Part shown: piece after piece, positions 59,586-64,000 of the stretch
Position numbering within the stretch: the first letter of the stretch is position 1
Layout of the letters: each line of letters opens with the position of its first letter
DNA from: the human T2T-CHM13v2.0 reference genome, Homo sapiens
Length of the DNA: 64,000 nucleotides
Strand: one strand, 5' to 3'
Assembly: GCF_009914755.1 (NCBI RefSeq)
Contig: NC_060944.1
Made by a program: the position numbers and the translations under genes
The notes under the pieces: generated by a model
What the model saw: the letters and a program-made list of their open reading frames with translations, nothing else
Told to the model about the DNA's origin: nothing
Databases searched by the model: none

Positions 59586-59811
59586 GCAGGATTCCTCAAC
59601 CTCAGCACTATTGACATTCCGGGCCAGATTATACTTTGTTTTGCGGGCTGTGTACTGTGGAAAGTTTAGCAACATGCCTGGCCTCTACCCACGACTTGCC
59701 AGAGCACTCCCTCCCCAGGTTGTGACGATCAAAACCATCTCCAGCCATCGTCTGATGTCCCCTGGGGGTGGGGGGAAGCAAGGCAAAAATCACCCCAGTT
59801 AAGAAACACTG
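59586..59811. mobile_element. MER20
   Basis: 'caggattcctcaacctcagcactattgacatt...tttagcaacatgcctggcctctaccca...gttgtgacgatcaaaa...ggcaaaaatcaccccagttaagaaacactg'. Confidence 0.85.
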
Positions 59812-59869
59812 TAAAAGAGAAAGACTGGCCCGGCAGTGTTACTTGCGGGTTGTCCGGTCAGTGGAAAAG

Positions 59870-60310
59870 ATCTGGCCAACCCTTACTTCTTCGCCTTATC
59901 TCCCACTTCTCTCCTTCTCTGCCTCCAGCCACAGGCCTTGTGGCTATTTCCCAGACGCTCAGTCCCTCGGCAGAGGGCCTTTTCACTGGCTGATCCCTCT
60001 ACAAAGAATTCCTTCTCCTCTTAAAAATCTTTGCTCATTCATCATCCTCTCAATGAGGTCTTCCCTGACCACCTTATTTTAAAATTCCAAGTCCCCCATC
60101 TATAGCCCCCTTATCCTGATCTACTTTCCTGTTTTTCCAGAGAACCCCCTGCCTTTGAACACACAAAACATTTACTTCCTGGGTTTACTGCTTGTCAGCT
60201 GTGTCCACTCCTCCCACTCCTACCCTTAGGGTAAGAATCTTTGATTGACTCATTGATATGTCTAGGCCACCTCAAGCATTCAATAAAAGTTGCTGAATGA
60301 AAGAATGCAT
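59870..60310. mobile_element. L2 3' fragment
   Basis: 'gaggtcttccctgaccacctta' and terminal 'tcaataaaagttgctgaatgaaagaatg'. Confidence 0.6.
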
Positions 60311-60404
60311 GCATGGTAAAGATCCACCAAGCTAGTTTGCTGTGTCCCTTAACAATGAGATTAGCACATAAAATGATCCTTTCTCTCAAAAAGAATGTTC
60401 TAGA

Positions 60405-60685
60405 GGCCAGTGTGGTGGCTCATGCCTATAATCTCAGCACTTTAGAAGGCCAAGGTAGAAGGATGCTTGAGACCAGCCTGGACGATGTAAGAAGACCCCA
60501 TCTCAACAAAAAGTAGAAAAAATTAGCAGGGCATGTTGGTGTGCACTTGTAGTCTCAGCTAGCGGGGAGGCTAAGATTGGAGGATCACCTGAGCCTGGAA
60601 GGTCAAGGCTGCAGTGAGCTATGACTGTGCCACTGCACTCCAGCCTTGGAGATAGGGTAAGACCCTCTCTCAAAAAAATAATAAT
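60405..60685 (+). mobile_element. Alu (AluJ-like)
   Basis: Diverged dimer; TTCTAGA flanks both sides. Confidence 0.88.
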
Positions 60686-60706
60686 TTTCTAGAATTTACA
60701 TTTCTA

Positions 60707-60976
<270 letters not shown>

Positions 60977-61706
60977 GAATTAACATTTCTAGCCATTGCT
61001 AAGTTGGCATGTCGTCTGGCAAATGCTGATAGAAACAAGGGGCTACGGTCTACAAGGCAGTATTACAAACAATTACTCTGGGACCCAACAAGTCCAGACC
61101 ACACATAAAGATCAGGAATCTTAAGCTTTCAAGTTAGAAATGAAATATGAAGTAGCACATAAATAATTCCTAGTTCAAATTTCACTTTTGTTTACATTTG
61201 AAAAACAAAAAAGCTACTAACTCCATTTATGAAAGCTTCGCATGATGCAGAAAAACAAAGCTTTCTGAACAAAACAGTTTCTAATAATAACTTCAAGTTG
61301 TCTTGGCCCAGTGTAAAATATGAAATAAACCAGTATTGATCATGTTTTGACTTCATTTGTCATCTACACTATAATAAGCTTTTAAGCAGCAGCTGTTTTC
61401 TGTTTCTGCCACTTTCTAAATTTCTAGGTTTACTGACAAGTTGACACAGGACACTACTGACTGTAACAAAAATGATTAATATATAAGCTAGCAATGCACA
61501 GTAGGAAAAGGGCTTGGAGAAGGGCCATGGTGATGCACAGGGGTCAGTGGCCTCTCCTACCGTCCCGTATGCTCAGCCCCCATCCCCTGGCTCTGCACAC
61601 ACGAGCCACCTTGAACTGTGTGTCCAACACCCCTGCAGCTCTGTTACACCGCAGTCAGCAGCTGTGACTGCTCCTGGCCCTCCAGGGAGATATACAGTTT
61701 AAAAAT

Positions 61707-61832
61707 CCACTTTAATAGCTAAGACATAGACAGCTCACCTCTACCATCCAAACCACTTCAAACGCTAGGAAATAGACAGCTTACCTCTACCATCCACTTC
61801 AATAGCTAAGACACAGACAGCTCACCTCTACA
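61707..61832. repeat. three-copy tandem repeat, 41-46 bp unit
   Basis: CCACTT(C/T)AATAGCTAAGACA(T/C)AGACAGCTCACCTCTAC-like units starting at 61707, 61753 and 61794. Confidence 0.85.
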
Positions 61833-61837
61833 GATAG

Positions 61838-61972
61838 CCTCAGCTATCAGGGAGGCTGAGGTGGGAGGATCGCTTGAGCCTGGGAGGTCGAGGCTGCAGT
61901 GAGCTGATTGTGCCACTGCTTTCCAGCCTGGGAGACAGAGTGAGACCCTGTCTCAAAAGTAATAATAATAAT
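61838..61972 (+). mobile_element. AluJ-like right arm, probably a local duplicate of 60550-60690
   Basis: Followed by the same unique flank as the 60405-60685 Alu. Confidence 0.85.
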
Positions 61973-64000
61973 TGTCTAGAATTTACATTTCTAGCCACTG
62001 CTAAGTTGGCCAGGGTGGTTCTGAGCTCGCACAACCTAAAACAAGATCAGTTCCTCTTCAGGAAGGTCCTGACCACTTTGCAAAGAATAACAGGGTTTAT
62101 CCCTTGCCCCTGATGCTAGGTGACTACATTTAAAAAAAAAAAAAAAGAAACTCTTCTCCGACTAAGAGGCCCACCAGAGAAAAATATTTCTGGAAACTAC
62201 AACATTGAGAAAAAAGGATTTACCCTCCTCTATGTTAACTAGTTACTCAAGGGTTATCAAACCCTGACAGTATCTCTATCACTTAACGTATGTTGGGGCA
62301 TAAAGGAAATCAGATGAGGATGCTGTAGTGAAACACACCATGGACTCCTGAGTCCTCACCTGTGTGTCAATGTTTTTCACCAGACACCCATCTGTCCTAA
62401 AGCAGGCCACGTATGAATTAATATGTTAAGCATAACATTAGGTGAATGTGCATTGCAGGTTCAACTATAGCAGATACAATCTAATAAACAGAAAAGAAAC
62501 TTTACAGGTCATTTTACAGCAAAAAAAAAAAAAAGGATTGGAAGATCAATACAGAAACAGAAAGCATGCTGACAGCAGACTGACCTTGAACATCCCCTCC
62601 TCCCTCATGGACAGCAGGCAACAACAGCAAACCTAATTCAACAGAGTAGTGGTCCCTGGGCACCATAAGCCCCACGGGAAAAAAGATCATCATGTACATC
62701 ACCACCCACAATGCCATGGTGGCAAGCACCATGGGACACAAGCACAGACAAACAGGAGGGACACAGCTCCACTTGGAAGAGAGTGAAGAGATGGCAGACA
62801 CCTTCCCTAGAACACAGGTGGTATGTGATTTGGGCCTTAAAGGTTGAACAGAAATCCTCCACGTGGGAAGAGAGTGAGAATCTGGGAAAGGGAAAAAGAA
62901 CATTCCAGATGAAGGGGCAAGCACAGCAAGGTACACTATCTGCCACCTTCAAGTGGTTCAGGGACACTGAGCCATTTCACACAAAGCCACCAAGCCCTGA
63001 GTAGCCACACCATAATCAGCTTTAAGTGGAAAAAGGGGAAAAAAATAAACACAATAAAACATACCTAATGAGATCCCTTTATTGGCCCAAACATAAGCAG
63101 AGCAGGAGCTGGAGGTAGAATGTTATGGCGTGTCTACCCCAGGCAAGCATTTTCACTCTCCAGCCATTCCCAGTATTTATGATTCTCCATTCAACATGTC
63201 ACCCTATCATTATAACTCTACATGATATATGCCACCCTGAGCCAGACCAATTATCCATACAATCCAATATTCTGTTTCTGACATACCACTAGGGGACACT
63301 GAACAAGGAACATGATAGACATGGTCCACTATGTCCACGTTTGACTCAAAATATTACAAGATTGGTTGATGGTGGCCAAGAAGTTTAAGCCTTATTTGCA
63401 AAATTTGTACTTAGAATGTAGAATGTATTCATGTAGAACTTATATCAATAAAAATTAATTTTTTAGAGGGTCACATTAGCCACTCTTCAATAAACAACTA
63501 AATCTTTGCAAGGCCTTAGGTGATTTGGGGGGAACTAGAATACACCACTCCCGTAATGTGTTATTTAAAGTAGTTTTGTTCTTCTCACTAACAGGCTTGT
63601 AAGTACTAATGCAGATTCCTGAATTGGGACTATTTCTAATAGCGAGACTAGACAAGCTTGATCCATCTAACAAATAAAGAACATTCTTGATTCTTCAACA
63701 GCTTTTGGTGGGAAGTGACCCCCGCACACCTCAGGTCCTTGTTAACTTAACTAAATTCAAACGGCAAGTTGTGCAAGCAAACTTTCTCTATATAAACGTC
63801 ATTCTCTAACAAGACCCACACTGATTTATTAGCTCTCATATGAGCAGATCCATCCAATGCATAATGTTTTATATTGCAAATCTTTGAGGGCTACTGATAG
63901 TTATTACTAGCACTATGCAATGGGCTGGCTGGAAAGACCAGCCTAATTCATGAGCAGCCATCCTTTCTATGCCATGCAGACATGGAAATTCCTCTTTGAT

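Noticed and set aside
61707-61832. CRISPR-like repeat array
   Set aside because: Head-to-tail tandem copies with no unique spacers, in a primate intron

Overview
Primate (very probably human) genomic DNA. The whole window is occupied by a minus-strand, intron-containing paralog of PPP4R1 (PP4 regulatory subunit 1, HEAT repeats), which I identify as PPP4R1L. By hand I recovered 16 consecutive exons, equivalent to PPP4R1 exons 3-18, spanning 51430 down to 241. They total 2513 nt (837 full codons) and splice in one continuous frame. Only two disabling lesions are visible, both single-nucleotide: an AG>GG acceptor mutation of the 147-nt exon at 28358-28504, and an in-frame TGA at 10967-10969 replacing a conserved Arg (W-R-TPLP). 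The first coding exon(s) and the last exons lie outside the window. Introns contain about 20 Alus, L1PA/L1PB/old L1M fragments, MST and MLT1 LTRs, MER20, L2 and MIR. Other notable items: a twin-primed inverted L1, a nested Alu insertion, a local duplication that preserves an Alu 'empty site', inverted Alu pairs that could drive circRNA formation or A-to-I editing, and two CTCF-like motifs. The PPP4R1 protein and exon comparisons and the repeat subfamily names are from memory, not from a database search. I see no evidence of a novel non-eukaryotic system.
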